A stretch of DNA of 23,052 nucleotides from a bacterium MnTg02 (GTDB taxonomy: Bacteria; Pseudomonadota; Alphaproteobacteria; Rhizobiales; BFAS01). Below the pieces are notes generated by a model that made no database searches, was not told the origin of the DNA, and saw nothing but the letters and a program-made list of their open reading frames with translations. Positions 8,628-18,809 of the stretch are shown here, one piece after another (position 1 is the first letter of the stretch; every line of letters begins with the position of its first letter). The stretch covers positions 1-23,052 of the forward strand of contig BFAS01000066.1 of assembly GCA_008974985.1 (NCBI GenBank). The letters are read 5' to 3'. The translations under genes and the position numbers were made by a program.

Positions 8628-8659
8628 AGCAGAGCTGCCACAAGGGAGACTTCCGTTTT

Positions 8660-9529
8660 ATGAGCGACATTAAACGAGAAAACAAAGCCGAAAAAACCAC
8701 GGCAGGGCCGAAATCGGGTCAGCCCCAACAACCGGCGGCAAATGAAGATGATCCAAGATCGAAAGCTGATGCGCCGCCGCCTCCGGAGCCCGCACAGGAA
8801 ATTCCGGACACCGAAACTCTCCCCGAAGAGAAGATCAACCTCGAGGCGGAAAATGCTGAGCTAAAGGAACGCTTGTTACGGACCATGGCGGATATGGACA
8901 ATCTCCGCAAACGCACAGAGCGCGAAAAGGCCGAAACAGCGAAATATGCGATCACTCAATTCGCTAACGATATTCTCAGCATCGGCGACAATATCCGCCG
9001 CGCCATTGATGCCGTACCGCCCGAAGCCGTGGCCACCGATGCCGCGCTCCAATCCCTGCTCGAAGGGGTCATGATGACCGAAAAGGGGCTCCAAAGCACG
9101 TTTGAGCAGCATGGCATTACGCGGGTCGACCCGAAGGGGCAACGATTCGATCCGAATGTGCATCAAGCGATGTTTGAGTTGGAAAATGCAGACGTCCCTG
9201 CTGGAACGATCGTCGAAGTGGTGCAAGCAGGATATATGATCTCTGATCGCGTCTTGAGACCGGCGCTTGTGGGCATCGCCAAGGGAGGCGCCAAAATGCC
9301 GAAATCGGCGCCGGCTGGAGCTTCTGAAGACACCGCCGCCCCACAGGCTGGCAAATCGCAGCCCGACGTCGCTGCCAAAACTGAAGCGAAGGCGCGCCCC
9401 ACCGAACCGCCACCCCCCAAGCGTCGAACCGAACCGCAACCCGAACCGCCGGCAGATCCGCCCGAGCCAAATAGGCCGTCGGACACAACCCGGCGAAAAC
9501 CCGGCGCGCGCGTGGACCGCAACGCTTAG
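8660..9529 (+). CDS. grpE: Nucleotide exchange factor GrpE with a ~80-aa Pro/Glu/Lys/Arg-rich C-terminal extension
   Basis: GrpE core (ENAELKERLLRTMADMDNLRKRTEREK ... GYMISDRVLRPALVGIAKG) followed by the low-complexity tail ...PTEPPPPKRRTEPQPEPPADPPEPNRP.... Total 289 aa versus about 200-220 for typical GrpE. Confidence 0.9.
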   Translation: MSDIKRENKAEKTTAGPKSGQPQQPAANEDDPRSKADAPPPPEPAQEIPDTETLPEEKINLEAENAELKERLLRTMADMDNLRKRTEREKAETAKYAITQFANDILSIGDNIRRAIDAVPPEAVATDAALQSLLEGVMMTEKGLQSTFEQHGITRVDPKGQRFDPNVHQAMFELENADVPAGTIVEVVQAGYMISDRVLRPALVGIAKGGAKMPKSAPAGASEDTAAPQAGKSQPDVAAKTEAKARPTEPPPPKRRTEPQPEPPADPPEPNRPSDTTRRKPGARVDRNA

Positions 9530-9543
9530 CTAAGCAAAAAATT

Positions 9544-9575
9544 AGAGACCTCCAAAATCAAATTTGGAGGTCTCT
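9544..9575. terminator. Bidirectional intrinsic terminator: perfect 13-bp stem agagacctccaaa / tttggaggtctct with a 6-nt loop, between convergent grpE and the SPFH gene
   Basis: Inverted repeat read directly. An A-run lies upstream (a U-run for the minus-strand transcript) and TGAATT downstream. Confidence 0.7.
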
Positions 9576-9599
9576 GAATTCATAGCCACTCCGGAAAGG

Positions 9600-11441
9600 C
9601 TATTCCGGTTTTTTGTCCGGAGTCTGATCTGAGTCGCGGCTGCGGAACGCGTTGCCAAAAATAGCCGCAGCTCCAGCCAACCCGTTGCTTGACCCGCCAA
9701 CCACGGTATGTGGAACGAGACGGCTGACAAGCGAAACCAGCTCTGGCTTGCGCTCAAGGGTTGCCAGCATTTTCTCAAGCCCTTGCAGAAGCGCCACGCG
9801 GTCTTTTCCCAAGACTTTGGCTTGTGCAAGTTGACCGAGGGCGAGTTCCTCAAGGAATTTGCGTTCGGCTCGCCCCAGTGCCGCGCGTTCGGCTTCCCGC
9901 TGCTTGGCCACTGCGACGGCGATCTGCGCACGCACCAGGCGGGGTTGCTGGTCCGCCGTCGAGCGGGCTTTCTCCCGCTCGGTCCGTTTGATCTGTGCAG
10001 CCGTTTCGCGTTCATAGGCGCGCGACAATTGCTGAGCCAATTGCTCTCTCTTGCGCGCGAACAAAAGTTCCGGCGGCAAAGACGGCTCGCCGAGGCGAAT
10101 TTCCATAATCTCGACACCGGCCTTGCGGCCTTCGATCTTAATTAGCTTTTCGATAGTGCGTTCAAGAGCATCTCGATTGTCAATCAGGTCGAGGACGCGG
10201 GTCGGCCGGGTCCGGTACTCGGGCGGGCTTTTCAACGTCCCATCTTCATTTTTTATGGGGACATTAATCTGACTGCCGGCGACGTTGCGCACGATCGAGC
10301 GAATTGCAGGCGTCAGAATCCGTTTTTCGATATCCGAGATCGCCCCGACGCTGCCGACGACAATCGGTGCATTTTCTGGTTGAATTTGCACGAGCGCGCG
10401 CAGCTCCAACGGGATATCCCAGCCCTCCATTTTCACGAAGACAGCCTTGTCGGCGGCACTTTTTGGGGTCACCTGGACCTCAGTTCGCTCGCGCTGCTTG
10501 ATGTTGCCCTGATCGTCGATGGTGAGTTCAAGAATTCGTTTGGTGTAACCGCCCTTGTAGACCCAGGTTTTCACACGGGTGTCGACCAGAGTGACCTGAT
10601 AGGCCTGACGGTTCAGATAATAGGCGCCGGGGAAAAGCGGCTCTTTCCAGATGCCGACACAGCCCTTCGGTACCAGCGGTACCGTGAGCGCGCCTTCGAC
10701 TCTCCCGCCCTCACCCGAAGCGGAGACTTTCTCCTCGATACATCGGGCGCCAGGCCTTTTGACATTGGATTTCACAACGCCGACATGGCCCGCGGGGATA
10801 ATCGTCGCTTTTCTGTTTTGAACTTTGATGTCGAACAGATAGCGGTTCAGGCGATAACTTCCGGGCTTTAGAACTGTTTCCTGAGGTCCGCGATATCCGC
10901 CATTTTGGAGATAATATTCAGCGTCCAGCATTTTCGACAAAACATTATCTGCAATTGCCGGAGCGATGTACATCCCCTCCGGCATGGCTGCGCCATCGCG
11001 TGACGTGATCTGGCCATAAAACCCTTCAGGAACGCTAATGACCGGCATCTCCTCGACGTCATAGAGAACCCGGATGAGCGGAACGAAATGAAAGCCGGGT
11101 CCCAATATGCGGGCTTGCGGGCCTTTTTGACCGGCAAGGGCGATGATCCGGCCTTTGGGCAATTCGTCGAACGCATAGATACGTTTCAGATGGCCGATGC
11201 TGTTGGCGTCAATGAAGACAAAAGATGAGGAGGCCAGAAAGAACAAGCCGAGCACGATCAGTGCGGCGCCACCGGCCTTGCTCAGAAACATACTGAAAAG
11301 CCTGAAGAGGCGGTTCTGTCCCGAGCTCGGGGCCGGTCCGCCGGAAGGCCGGAGAAAGACAAAAATACCTATGACAAACGCGGCAATTCCTAGAATGACA
11401 CCAAACATACTCAACTCCCATCCAACCGGCATACGCGACAT
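9600..11441 (-). CDS. SPFH/band-7 (flotillin/YqiK-like) membrane protein, 613 aa, with a ~200-aa internal insert
   Basis: Two N-terminal TM helices; a GQKG...GPGFHFVPLI segment resembling YqiK; an SPFH-C signature (IEGRKAGVEIMEIRLGEPSLPPELLFARKREQLAQQ); and a C-terminal Ala/Glu/Arg-rich coiled coil typical of flotillins. Assignment is by motif resemblance only. Confidence 0.55.
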   Translation of the reverse strand: MSRMPVGWELSMFGVILGIAAFVIGIFVFLRPSGGPAPSSGQNRLFRLFSMFLSKAGGAALIVLGLFFLASSSFVFIDANSIGHLKRIYAFDELPKGRIIALAGQKGPQARILGPGFHFVPLIRVLYDVEEMPVISVPEGFYGQITSRDGAAMPEGMYIAPAIADNVLSKMLDAEYYLQNGGYRGPQETVLKPGSYRLNRYLFDIKVQNRKATIIPAGHVGVVKSNVKRPGARCIEEKVSASGEGGRVEGALTVPLVPKGCVGIWKEPLFPGAYYLNRQAYQVTLVDTRVKTWVYKGGYTKRILELTIDDQGNIKQRERTEVQVTPKSAADKAVFVKMEGWDIPLELRALVQIQPENAPIVVGSVGAISDIEKRILTPAIRSIVRNVAGSQINVPIKNEDGTLKSPPEYRTRPTRVLDLIDNRDALERTIEKLIKIEGRKAGVEIMEIRLGEPSLPPELLFARKREQLAQQLSRAYERETAAQIKRTEREKARSTADQQPRLVRAQIAVAVAKQREAERAALGRAERKFLEELALGQLAQAKVLGKDRVALLQGLEKMLATLERKPELVSLVSRLVPHTVVGGSSNGLAGAAAIFGNAFRSRDSDQTPDKKPE

Positions 11442-11660
11442 ATATGGTTAAATGTCGCAAGCAGACGTAAATAAACAATAAATGAAAACAATATAGTCTT
11501 ATATTTATTCGAAAGATTCAGGATTTATTTGAGCTCAACGATAGCATAAGTTAGCTTTCTCAAAATTATTATTAATACACATTAATAGAAATGAATGAAA
11601 ACAAAACTGGATCTGAACGAAATATTACATTCCCATTGATCGGCGGGCTGCATAACCTGA
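11442..11660. other. AT-rich (~25% GC) block forming the upstream/promoter region of the SPFH gene
   Basis: Composition contrasts sharply with the flanking ~60% GC DNA. It contains a direct 11-mer repeat AATGAAAACAA (11481-11491 and 11594-11604). Confidence 0.6.
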
Positions 11661-11676
11661 TTTTGACGGCGCTCAG

Positions 11677-11688
11677 CATGAACCATTG
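11677..11688. repeat. 12-nt exact copy (CATGAACCATTG) of one arm of the 1876-1910 palindrome, just downstream of the alkB stop
   Basis: Read directly; the context ctca-gca-tgaaccattg matches ctcatgaaccattg in the palindrome apart from a 3-nt insertion. Confidence 0.6.
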
Positions 11689-11712
11689 CCAGGTCAGTCG
11701 CTGCGAACGCCG

Positions 11713-12372
11713 TTAATTGCGCGCTGTAACGCGCCTTAGGGTCAAATTGAATCGCCCGCCTTCCGGCAACAAATCAGAACTGCCAGGAACAATCCGGTCG
11801 ACCCCATGATAAGCGAGGCGCGCGCCGCCGCCGAGCACGACAACATCGCCCGATCTCAGATCGAATGCCGCGGTCCGGTCCTTCCGGCGCAATCCGCCAA
11901 TGCGAAACCGCGCCATATCCCCGAGCGAAATCGATACAACCGGCGCTGAGAAATCCTTTTCATCCTCATCGCGATGCATGCCCATTTTCGCTTCCGGCCC
12001 ATAATAGTTGACAAGACAAGCCTCTGGTGGTGCGGCATCACCGGCAAAAGCCGTCCAAATTTTGCTAATCGCGTCCGGTAAGGGCGGCCACGGTTCCCCG
12101 GTTTCGGGATGGCCGGGTTGATAGCGATAACCGCCGGCCTTATCGGATACCCAGCCAAGGGCCCCGCAATTGGTCATTTGAACGGAGAACGGCCGGCCTG
12201 AGCGCGGCATTTTTGGCGTAAACAGCGGCGCACGGCGGATCAACAGGCGGACCTCGTCCAGCAAGAGCCTCTGGGCGAGCGGGCTCAAATAGTCTGGACA
12301 ATATTGGAAACCCGGCAGCCAATTTGCCTTCATTTGCGGGTTTGGCCTTCCTTCCGCATCGAGGTCATTCAT
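11713..12372 (-). CDS. alkB: Alpha-ketoglutarate-dependent dioxygenase AlkB (alkylated DNA repair)
   Basis: LVNYYGPEAKMGMHRDEDE (the His-x-Asp Fe(II) triad region), HGV and RFNLTLRRV motifs match AlkB; 219 aa. Confidence 0.85.
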   Translation of the reverse strand: MNDLDAEGRPNPQMKANWLPGFQYCPDYLSPLAQRLLLDEVRLLIRRAPLFTPKMPRSGRPFSVQMTNCGALGWVSDKAGGYRYQPGHPETGEPWPPLPDAISKIWTAFAGDAAPPEACLVNYYGPEAKMGMHRDEDEKDFSAPVVSISLGDMARFRIGGLRRKDRTAAFDLRSGDVVVLGGGARLAYHGVDRIVPGSSDLLPEGGRFNLTLRRVTARN

Positions 12373-12510
12373 TGATCCTCACATCATCCCCACCGGCAAC
12401 CGCGCTGATCGCCAGGCGTGGTTATTCTCCACGGGGGGGATATCCACAAATGTACCTAATATGCTACAGAACGGCTGGTATTCTCGATAGGCATTCCAAA
12501 AATCGTCTTG

Positions 12511-12540
12511 ATGTCGTCGGCTTGCAGCGCCAGTGTCCGA
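12511..12540 (+). promoter_or_regulatory. Candidate sigma32 (RpoH) promoter for dnaK: CTTGCAG-N14-CCTTATAT
   Basis: Matches E. coli TTGAAA-N13-15-CCCCATNT and the alphaproteobacterial CTTG...CYTATNT consensus; about 140 nt upstream of the dnaK ATG. Confidence 0.4.
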
Positions 12541-12677
12541 TCCTTATATAAGTCGTAACTGTGACTTCACAGAAACTCGAGGGGATCGTTCCCTGTGCTT
12601 ATTGGGGAGCATAGGGTGCGCCAGGTGCCATCAAGAGGCCTGGGCGATCTGCCGCAATGAGAGAGGGTTGATAAACT

Positions 12678-14600
12678 ATGTCGAAAGTCATCGGGATCGA
12701 CCTCGGCACGACGAATTCTTGTGTCGCCGTAATGGATGGATCCACTCCGAAAGTTATCGAGAATGCGGAAGGTATGCGCACGACTCCTTCCATGGTCGCC
12801 TTTAGCGAGGACGGCGAGCGTCTGGTTGGTCTGCCGGCAAAACGCCAAGCCGTGACCAATCCGGAAAATACGCTCTTTGCGATCAAACGTCTGATCGGCC
12901 GGCGCTTTGATGACCCGACCGTTGCAAAAGACCAAAAGCTCGTCCCTTACGAGATCGTCAAAGCCGACAATGGCGATGCCTGGGTCGAAGCGCACGGCAA
13001 AACCTATTCGCCATCGCAGATCTCCGCCTTCATACTGCAGAAAATGAAGGAGACGGCGGAAGCCTTTCTTGGTCACGAGGTTACGCAAGCTGTTATTACG
13101 GTCCCTGCTTATTTCAACGACGCCCAGCGCCAGGCAACCAAAGACGGCGGCAAGATCGCCGGGCTCGAAGTCCTGCGCATTATCAACGAGCCGACGGCCG
13201 CCTCTCTCGCCTATGGCCTCGACAAGAAAGAAGGCAAGACGATCGCCGTTTACGATCTCGGCGGCGGCACTTTCGATGTTTCGATATTGGAGATTGGCGA
13301 CGGCGTTTTCGAAGTGAAATCGACGAACGGTGACACGTTCCTCGGTGGTGAAGATTTCGATATGCGTCTGGTCGATTATCTTGCCAGCGAATTCAAGAAA
13401 GAAAACACGATTGATTTGCGCAATGACAAGCTCGCGCTCCAGCGCCTCAAAGAGGCTGCTGAGAAAGCAAAGGTCGAGCTGTCATCGGCACAGCAGACCG
13501 AGCTGAATTTGCCCTTTATCACGGCCGATCAGTCGGGACCCAAGCATCTGACCATGAAGCTCACCCGGGCAAAACTTGAAAGCCTGGTGGATGATTTGAT
13601 TCAGCGGACCGTGGGGCCATGTGCAGCGGCTCTGAAAGATGCCAATCTCAAAGCCGCAGAAATCGATGAAGTCATCCTTGTTGGCGGCATGACGCGCATG
13701 CCTAAAGTCATCGAGACGGTGAAGAATTTCTTCGGCAAGGAGCCTCACAAGGGCGTCAATCCGGACGAGGTGGTCGCCATGGGCGCCGCCATTCAGGCCG
13801 GCGTTCTGCAGGGCGACGTCAAAGACGTTCTGCTGCTGGATGTCACGCCGCTCTCTCTCGGCATCGAGACACTCGGGGGCGTGTTCACGCGGCTCATAGA
13901 TCGCAACACCACGATCCCGACGAAGAAAGGTCAGGTCTTCTCTACGGCCGAAGACAATCAGAACGCAGTTACCATTCGGGTCTTCCAAGGCGAGCGCGAA
14001 ATGGCGTCCGACAATAAGGTTCTCGGCCAGTTCGATCTTGTGGGTATCCCTCCCGCGCCACGCGGCGTGCCGCAAATCGAGGTGACATTCAACATCGACG
14101 CCAATGGCATCGTCGACGTGTCGGCGTTGGACAAGGCAACGTCGAAGGAACAGTCGATCCGCATCCAAGCCTCTGGCGGTCTGGCCGAAAGCGATATCGA
14201 GCGTATGGTCCAGGAAGCCGAAATCCATGCCGAGGCGGATAAGAAACGGCGCGAAATCGTTGAAACGAAAAACCAAGCCGAGGCGCTTGTTCACTCGACC
14301 GAGAAAACGCTTAGCGAATTCGGTGACAAAGTTTCCGAGGACGACAAGAGTGCGATCGAAACGGCGGTCACCGATTTGAAGACGGCGCTTGAAGGCGAGG
14401 ATCTCACCGACATCAACGCCAAGGCGGAAGCGCTATCTCAAGTCGCGATGAAACTCGGCGAAGCCATGTATAAGCAGGATGGCGGAGGTGGCGAGTCAGA
14501 CGGCGACGCGGGAGGTTCTCAGACCTCATCGGAAAGCGACGATGTGGTCGACGCGGATTTCGAGGAAGTTAAGGACGACGAGAATAAGAAATCGGCGTAG
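12678..14600 (+). CDS. dnaK: Molecular chaperone DnaK (Hsp70)
   Basis: 640 aa. The N-terminal [24 protein letters not shown] and the C-terminal acidic tail all match Hsp70. A GAGAGGG SD lies upstream. Confidence 0.99.
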   Translation: MSKVIGIDLGTTNSCVAVMDGSTPKVIENAEGMRTTPSMVAFSEDGERLVGLPAKRQAVTNPENTLFAIKRLIGRRFDDPTVAKDQKLVPYEIVKADNGDAWVEAHGKTYSPSQISAFILQKMKETAEAFLGHEVTQAVITVPAYFNDAQRQATKDGGKIAGLEVLRIINEPTAASLAYGLDKKEGKTIAVYDLGGGTFDVSILEIGDGVFEVKSTNGDTFLGGEDFDMRLVDYLASEFKKENTIDLRNDKLALQRLKEAAEKAKVELSSAQQTELNLPFITADQSGPKHLTMKLTRAKLESLVDDLIQRTVGPCAAALKDANLKAAEIDEVILVGGMTRMPKVIETVKNFFGKEPHKGVNPDEVVAMGAAIQAGVLQGDVKDVLLLDVTPLSLGIETLGGVFTRLIDRNTTIPTKKGQVFSTAEDNQNAVTIRVFQGEREMASDNKVLGQFDLVGIPPAPRGVPQIEVTFNIDANGIVDVSALDKATSKEQSIRIQASGGLAESDIERMVQEAEIHAEADKKRREIVETKNQAEALVHSTEKTLSEFGDKVSEDDKSAIETAVTDLKTALEGEDLTDINAKAEALSQVAMKLGEAMYKQDGGGGESDGDAGGSQTSSESDDVVDADFEEVKDDENKKSA

Positions 14601-14707
14601 CGTCTTTCAAATCCTGGCGACTCATGAAACAAGCACACTGTGCTGACAATTTGCACGGCGGTTCCTCGAAGAGAGTGATTTCATGCGCGCTGGAATGCGC
14701 GGCGAGC

Positions 14708-14739
14708 GAGCCGTCTTTCGAGGCGGCTCATAACGTTTT
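14708..14739 (+). other. Hairpin (gagccg-N10-cggctc) followed by ATAACGTTTT in the dnaK-dnaJ spacer; possible partial terminator/attenuator
   Basis: Inverted repeat read directly. Partial termination between dnaK and dnaJ is a common arrangement, but this stem is short. Confidence 0.25.
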
Positions 14740-14754
14740 GGGGGCGGTCACGTA

Positions 14755-15900
14755 ATGGCGAAGCGGGACTATTACGATATTCTGAGCGTTTCCAGAGACG
14801 CCGACAGTCAAGACCTCAAAAACGCCTTTCGCAAGCTCGCCAAGAAACATCATCCGGACCGCAATCCAGACGATACTTCCGCCGAAATGAACTTCAAAGA
14901 AGTCAATGAGGCCTATGAGGTACTCAAAGACCCGCAGAAGCGTGCAGCCTACGATCAATTCGGTCATGATGCCTTTGAAGGGGCTGGCTTCGGCAGTGCC
15001 ACATCCCATGCGTTTGGCGCCGATTTCTCCGCGTCCATGTCAGAAATTTTCGACGATTTGTTCGGCGAGTTTATGGGCGGCCGCGCCCGCGGACGGCCAC
15101 GCTCTGGACGCGAGCGTGGCGGCGATCTGCGCTACAATATGGAGATCACGCTGCGCGATGCTTTTTCGGGCAAGACGGCCCAAATCCGTGTCCCGACAAG
15201 CGTCACTTGCGAGACTTGCGATGGTTCTGGCGCCGAACCGGGAACACATCCTGTCGCCTGCCCAAGCTGCGCAGGCGTTGGCAAAATCCGGGCAAGCCAA
15301 GGCTTTTTCACTATTGAGCGGACCTGTCCGCATTGCCAGGGGCGGGGCGAAACAATTGAGGACCCGTGCGAGGGTTGCGCCGCCTCCGGTCGAGTCCTCA
15401 AAGAGCGCACGCTCTCGGTAAATATTCCCGCAGGCGTTGAGGATGGGACACGCATTCGCTTAGGCGGCGAAGGCGAAGCGGGGATGAGAAGTGGTCCGGC
15501 GGGCGATTTATATATTTTCCTATCAATCAAGCCTCACGAGTTCTTCCAGCGTGATGGAGCGGATATTTTCTGCCGCGTACCGATCGCCATGACAACCGCC
15601 GCGCTCGGCGGACAGATCGAAGTCCCCACTGTCGATGGCGGCCGTTCCCGGCTCAAGATTCCGGAGGGCACTGAGACCAGCCGACAATTCCGCATGCGCG
15701 GCAAGGGCATGCCCGTGCTCAGATCAGCTCTCACCGGCGATTTTTATATTCAAGTCGAGGTCGAAACGCCGAAAAACCTGACCCGCAAGCAAAAAGATAT
15801 TTTGCGCGAGTTCGAGAAAGCTTCAACGGACGAAACAAATCCGGAATCGTCCGGCTTTTTCGCACGCGTCAGGGAGTTCTTTGAAGGCATGGGCGATTGA
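14755..15900 (+). CDS. dnaJ: Molecular chaperone DnaJ (Hsp40)
   Basis: J-domain with HPD ([11 protein letters not shown]), a G/F-rich region, and four CxxCxGxG zinc-finger repeats ([32 protein letters not shown]); 381 aa. Confidence 0.98.
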   Translation: MAKRDYYDILSVSRDADSQDLKNAFRKLAKKHHPDRNPDDTSAEMNFKEVNEAYEVLKDPQKRAAYDQFGHDAFEGAGFGSATSHAFGADFSASMSEIFDDLFGEFMGGRARGRPRSGRERGGDLRYNMEITLRDAFSGKTAQIRVPTSVTCETCDGSGAEPGTHPVACPSCAGVGKIRASQGFFTIERTCPHCQGRGETIEDPCEGCAASGRVLKERTLSVNIPAGVEDGTRIRLGGEGEAGMRSGPAGDLYIFLSIKPHEFFQRDGADIFCRVPIAMTTAALGGQIEVPTVDGGRSRLKIPEGTETSRQFRMRGKGMPVLRSALTGDFYIQVEVETPKNLTRKQKDILREFEKASTDETNPESSGFFARVREFFEGMGD

Positions 15901-16640
15901 GCAACAAGGTGGTCAAGGCTAGAAATCAAACTTTGTTAGATTCACTCCAGCCCAAAGATCGCCTCATTATCGCTCTTGACGTTCCCACGCCCGATGATGC
16001 GCAGAGCCTCATCCACACTCTCGGCGATGCTGTAAGCATCTATAAAATCGGTCTTGAGTTGCTCCTGGCCGGCGGCACGGGCTTGGCCGAGGAACTTATC
16101 GGCGCTGGCAAGCAGGTTTTCATTGATGCAAAGCTTCTCGATATCGGCAATACGGTCGAACGGGCCGCCGCCAATATCGCCAAGCTCGGGGCGACGTTTC
16201 TGACGATCCACGGCACGGACCGAAAAACCCTCGATGCGGCCGTCCGGGGGCGGGGGACCAGCGATCTCAAGCTTCTCGCCATCACTGTGCTGACCAATCT
16301 AAGCCAATCCGACCTTACCGAGCAGGGCATAGGCATGACACCTGAGGATTTGGTCTTGCGCCGCGCAAAGCTTGCCGCTGATGCGGGATTCGACGGCGTC
16401 GTGGCCTCCGCTCGGGAAGCGCAAAATATTCGTGCGCAATTCCCCGATCTCATCATCACCACCCCCGGCATCCGTCCTGCCGGTGCGGATGCCGGCGATC
16501 AAGCCCGAACCATGACGCCAGGCCGTGCGATCGCCGCCGGAGCGGACTTTTTAGTGGTTGGCCGCCCTGTCACGCGGGCACCGGATCCGCGCCACGCAGC
16601 CAAAGCCATAATTGCCGAAATTGCGGACGCCCTTCAATAA
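15897..16640 (+). CDS. pyrF: Orotidine 5'-phosphate decarboxylase
   Basis: [25 protein letters not shown] and VVGRPVT motifs. The track start at 15897 is TTG and overlaps the dnaJ stop. No in-frame ATG exists; GTG 15909 or TTG 15933 are alternatives, so the start is uncertain. Confidence 0.85.
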   Translation: MSNKVVKARNQTLLDSLQPKDRLIIALDVPTPDDAQSLIHTLGDAVSIYKIGLELLLAGGTGLAEELIGAGKQVFIDAKLLDIGNTVERAAANIAKLGATFLTIHGTDRKTLDAAVRGRGTSDLKLLAITVLTNLSQSDLTEQGIGMTPEDLVLRRAKLAADAGFDGVVASAREAQNIRAQFPDLIITTPGIRPAGADAGDQARTMTPGRAIAAGADFLVVGRPVTRAPDPRHAAKAIIAEIADALQ

Positions 16641-16771
16641 GCGCCTAACCTGCTAAGTCCCGGTCCCTTATCGCATTCGGACAGTGCTTTCTGTCGCCTA
16701 TTGTAAGCTAATCGTATATGTGCATTCACATTGCGGCAGAGGAAACGCGCATCGGAGAGGAAGCACCAAGG

Positions 16772-17062
16772 ATGGCTAAGGGCTATTGGATCGTTCATGT
16801 GACGGTAAACAATGTCGAGGAATATCCAACCTATGTCGCGGCCGCGTCGAAGGCGCTTGCCCCTTATAATGCACGCTTTTTGGCGCGCGGCGGCAAAAGC
16901 GATGTCGTTGAGGGGACATCGCGCGACCGTCATGTCGTGGTTGAATTCGAATCCTATGAGAAAGCGGTCGAATGCTACAACTCGCCCGACTATAAGGTGG
17001 CAATCGCATTGCGCCAGAGGTTCGCCGACAGCGAACTCATCATTGTCGAAGGGGCTGACTAA
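16772..17062 (+). CDS. DUF1330 domain protein
   Basis: From Met19 of the track ORF ([22 protein letters not shown]...) it resembles the DUF1330 family, about 96 aa. The 3' end overlaps the folD stop by 4 nt (convergent). Confidence 0.55.
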   Translation: MAKGYWIVHVTVNNVEEYPTYVAAASKALAPYNARFLARGGKSDVVEGTSRDRHVVVEFESYEKAVECYNSPDYKVAIALRQRFADSELIIVEGAD

Positions 17063-18000
17063 ACCGCTTTTTCAGAGTCCACGATTGGTTCCACATAGTC
17101 TATGCCGTGGATGCTGCACGCCGCTTGCACCGTATTACGCATCAGGCAGGCGATGGTCATCGGGCCGACCCCGCCCGGAACCGGTGTAATAGCGCCAGCC
17201 ACTTGAGAAACGCTGTCAAAGGCGACATCGCCCACCAGCTTGGTCTTGCCTTCGCCTCTCTCGGGTGCTGGAACGCGGTTGATGCCAACATCGATAACGA
17301 TCGCTCCAGGCTTTACCCAATCGCCTTGCACCAGTTCCGGCACGCCGGCAGCGGCGATAAGCAGATCGGCCCGGCGTACAACCCCGGGAAGGTCTCGCGT
17401 TCTTGAATGGGCAATTGTCACTGTGCAATTCTCCGCCAAAAGCAGTTGCGCCACCGGCTTGCCGACAATGTTCGAGCGGCCAATCACGACGGCTTCATGA
17501 CCGGTAAGATCGGGCGTAACGTCCTTAGCGAGGATGATGCAGCCAAGCGGTGTGCCAGGAACAAGTCCAGCCTCGCCCGTTGCCAACCGGCCCACATTCA
17601 CGGGGTGAAAACCGTCGACATCCTTGGCCGGATCAATCGCCTCCATGACCAAATTGACATTGATATGGTCTGGCAAGGGAAGTTGCACCAAAATGCCATG
17701 CGCAGACGGGTCGGAATTCAGACGGGAGATGAGATCGAGAAGTTCAGATTCCGGAGCGGAGCCATCCAAATTGTGATCAAACGACTGCATTCCGGCGGCA
17801 ACGGTTTGGCGAGCCTTGTTGCGAACATAGACTTGGCTCGCGGGATCATCGCCCATAAGGATAACAGCCAGGCCGGGCTGAACGCCATGGACCGACCGGA
17901 GCGTTGCAACGGCCTTTCCGATTTCGCCCGTTAAGCGGGCCGCGATCGCTTTGCCATTGATCACGCGGGCAACCGGCTCGATCTCGCTACGCTCTGTCAT
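17059..18000 (-). CDS. folD: Bifunctional methylenetetrahydrofolate dehydrogenase/cyclohydrolase
   Basis: INGKAIA..., [40 protein letters not shown] and PGGVGPMT match FolD. Likely start at ATG Met14 (18000) rather than the ORF-track start. Confidence 0.93.
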   Translation of the reverse strand: MTERSEIEPVARVINGKAIAARLTGEIGKAVATLRSVHGVQPGLAVILMGDDPASQVYVRNKARQTVAAGMQSFDHNLDGSAPESELLDLISRLNSDPSAHGILVQLPLPDHINVNLVMEAIDPAKDVDGFHPVNVGRLATGEAGLVPGTPLGCIILAKDVTPDLTGHEAVVIGRSNIVGKPVAQLLLAENCTVTIAHSRTRDLPGVVRRADLLIAAAGVPELVQGDWVKPGAIVIDVGINRVPAPERGEGKTKLVGDVAFDSVSQVAGAITPVPGGVGPMTIACLMRNTVQAACSIHGIDYVEPIVDSEKAV

Positions 18001-18002
18001 CG

Positions 18003-18335
18003 TTATTCGCGATCTCCTGAAATGGCGTTTTCCAGACACGCAATATGATCCTCGACATCGCCTTCAAGAAAGACGCTCTTCAGACGCGCTTTGCCGCCTG
18101 CCGCAATACGGATCGATGACGGAGGCACGCCGAGCCATTTGCCGATAAGCTTCAGAAGCGCTTTGTTGGCCTGCCCCTTATCCGGCGCCGCGCGTACCCG
18201 GACCCGAAGCACTGGCTTTTCGCCATGTTGCTCAATACCAAGAACTTCATCCCGGCCAGCCTTCGGCGTTACTTTCACAGCGAGGAACACGCCATCGCTC
18301 GAGATGCGATAGGGCTTATCCGCGATAGCAGCCAC
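18003..18335 (-). CDS. DUF167 (YggU-like) protein
   Basis: [18 protein letters not shown]...[20 protein letters not shown] aligns with E. coli YggU. The track start at 18362 is TTG and overlaps yggT. A GTG at 18335 with a GAGG SD 5 nt upstream is proposed; the start is uncertain. Confidence 0.7.
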   Translation of the reverse strand: MAAIADKPYRISSDGVFLAVKVTPKAGRDEVLGIEQHGEKPVLRVRVRAAPDKGQANKALLKLIGKWLGVPPSSIRIAAGGKARLKSVFLEGDVEDHIACLENAISGDRE

Positions 18336-18342
18336 GGCAACC

Positions 18343-18636
18343 TCAAATGAAGGTCGGAGCAAGCCAACCGAAAATCACAACATTGCGGATGAAGAGAAGA
18401 GCCAAGATCAAAAGCACAGGCGAAATATCTATTCCGCCGAGACTGGGTAAGAACTGGCGGAATGGCCGGAGCGCCGGTTCGGTCAACCGGTTGAGCGTAT
18501 CCCCCACCATGTAAACGAATTTGTTTTGCGTGTTCACAACGTTAAATGCGATCAGCCAACTCAAAATCGCTCCGCCGATGATGACCCAGATATAGAGGTC
18601 TATGACCAAAGCAATGAATTTCAAAAGGGGAAGCAT
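18343..18636 (-). CDS. yggT: YggT family membrane protein
   Basis: 97-aa hydrophobic protein with a YggT-like pattern (LIDLYIWVIIGGAILSW...). Sits beside the DUF167 gene, as in the E. coli yggT-yggU pair. Confidence 0.85.
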   Translation of the reverse strand: MLPLLKFIALVIDLYIWVIIGGAILSWLIAFNVVNTQNKFVYMVGDTLNRLTEPALRPFRQFLPSLGGIDISPVLLILALLFIRNVVIFGWLAPTFI

Positions 18637-18809
18637 GGTCTCAAATCCTTGCCAGATAAATCAGCGCTTGGTGTAGCCGCCCTCCGCGTCGACTGCAAGG
18701 GCTGCTTCTCTCTGTACAACAGTAATGCGGTTTCAATCGCGTGTTTATGAACGCCAGGGCAAAGACCGCCGAACCGTCATATACCATCGATAACCGGCGT
18801 TCTGACCGC

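Noticed and set aside
13482-14294. 270-aa minus-strand ORF inside dnaK (and a similar antisense ORF at 20004-21059 inside the serine recombinase gene, and at 10380-10871 and 9542-10117 inside the SPFH gene)
   Set aside because: These lie entirely antisense to strongly supported conserved genes and have Arg/Leu/Gly-rich composition typical of antisense frames in GC-rich DNA. There is no independent signal.
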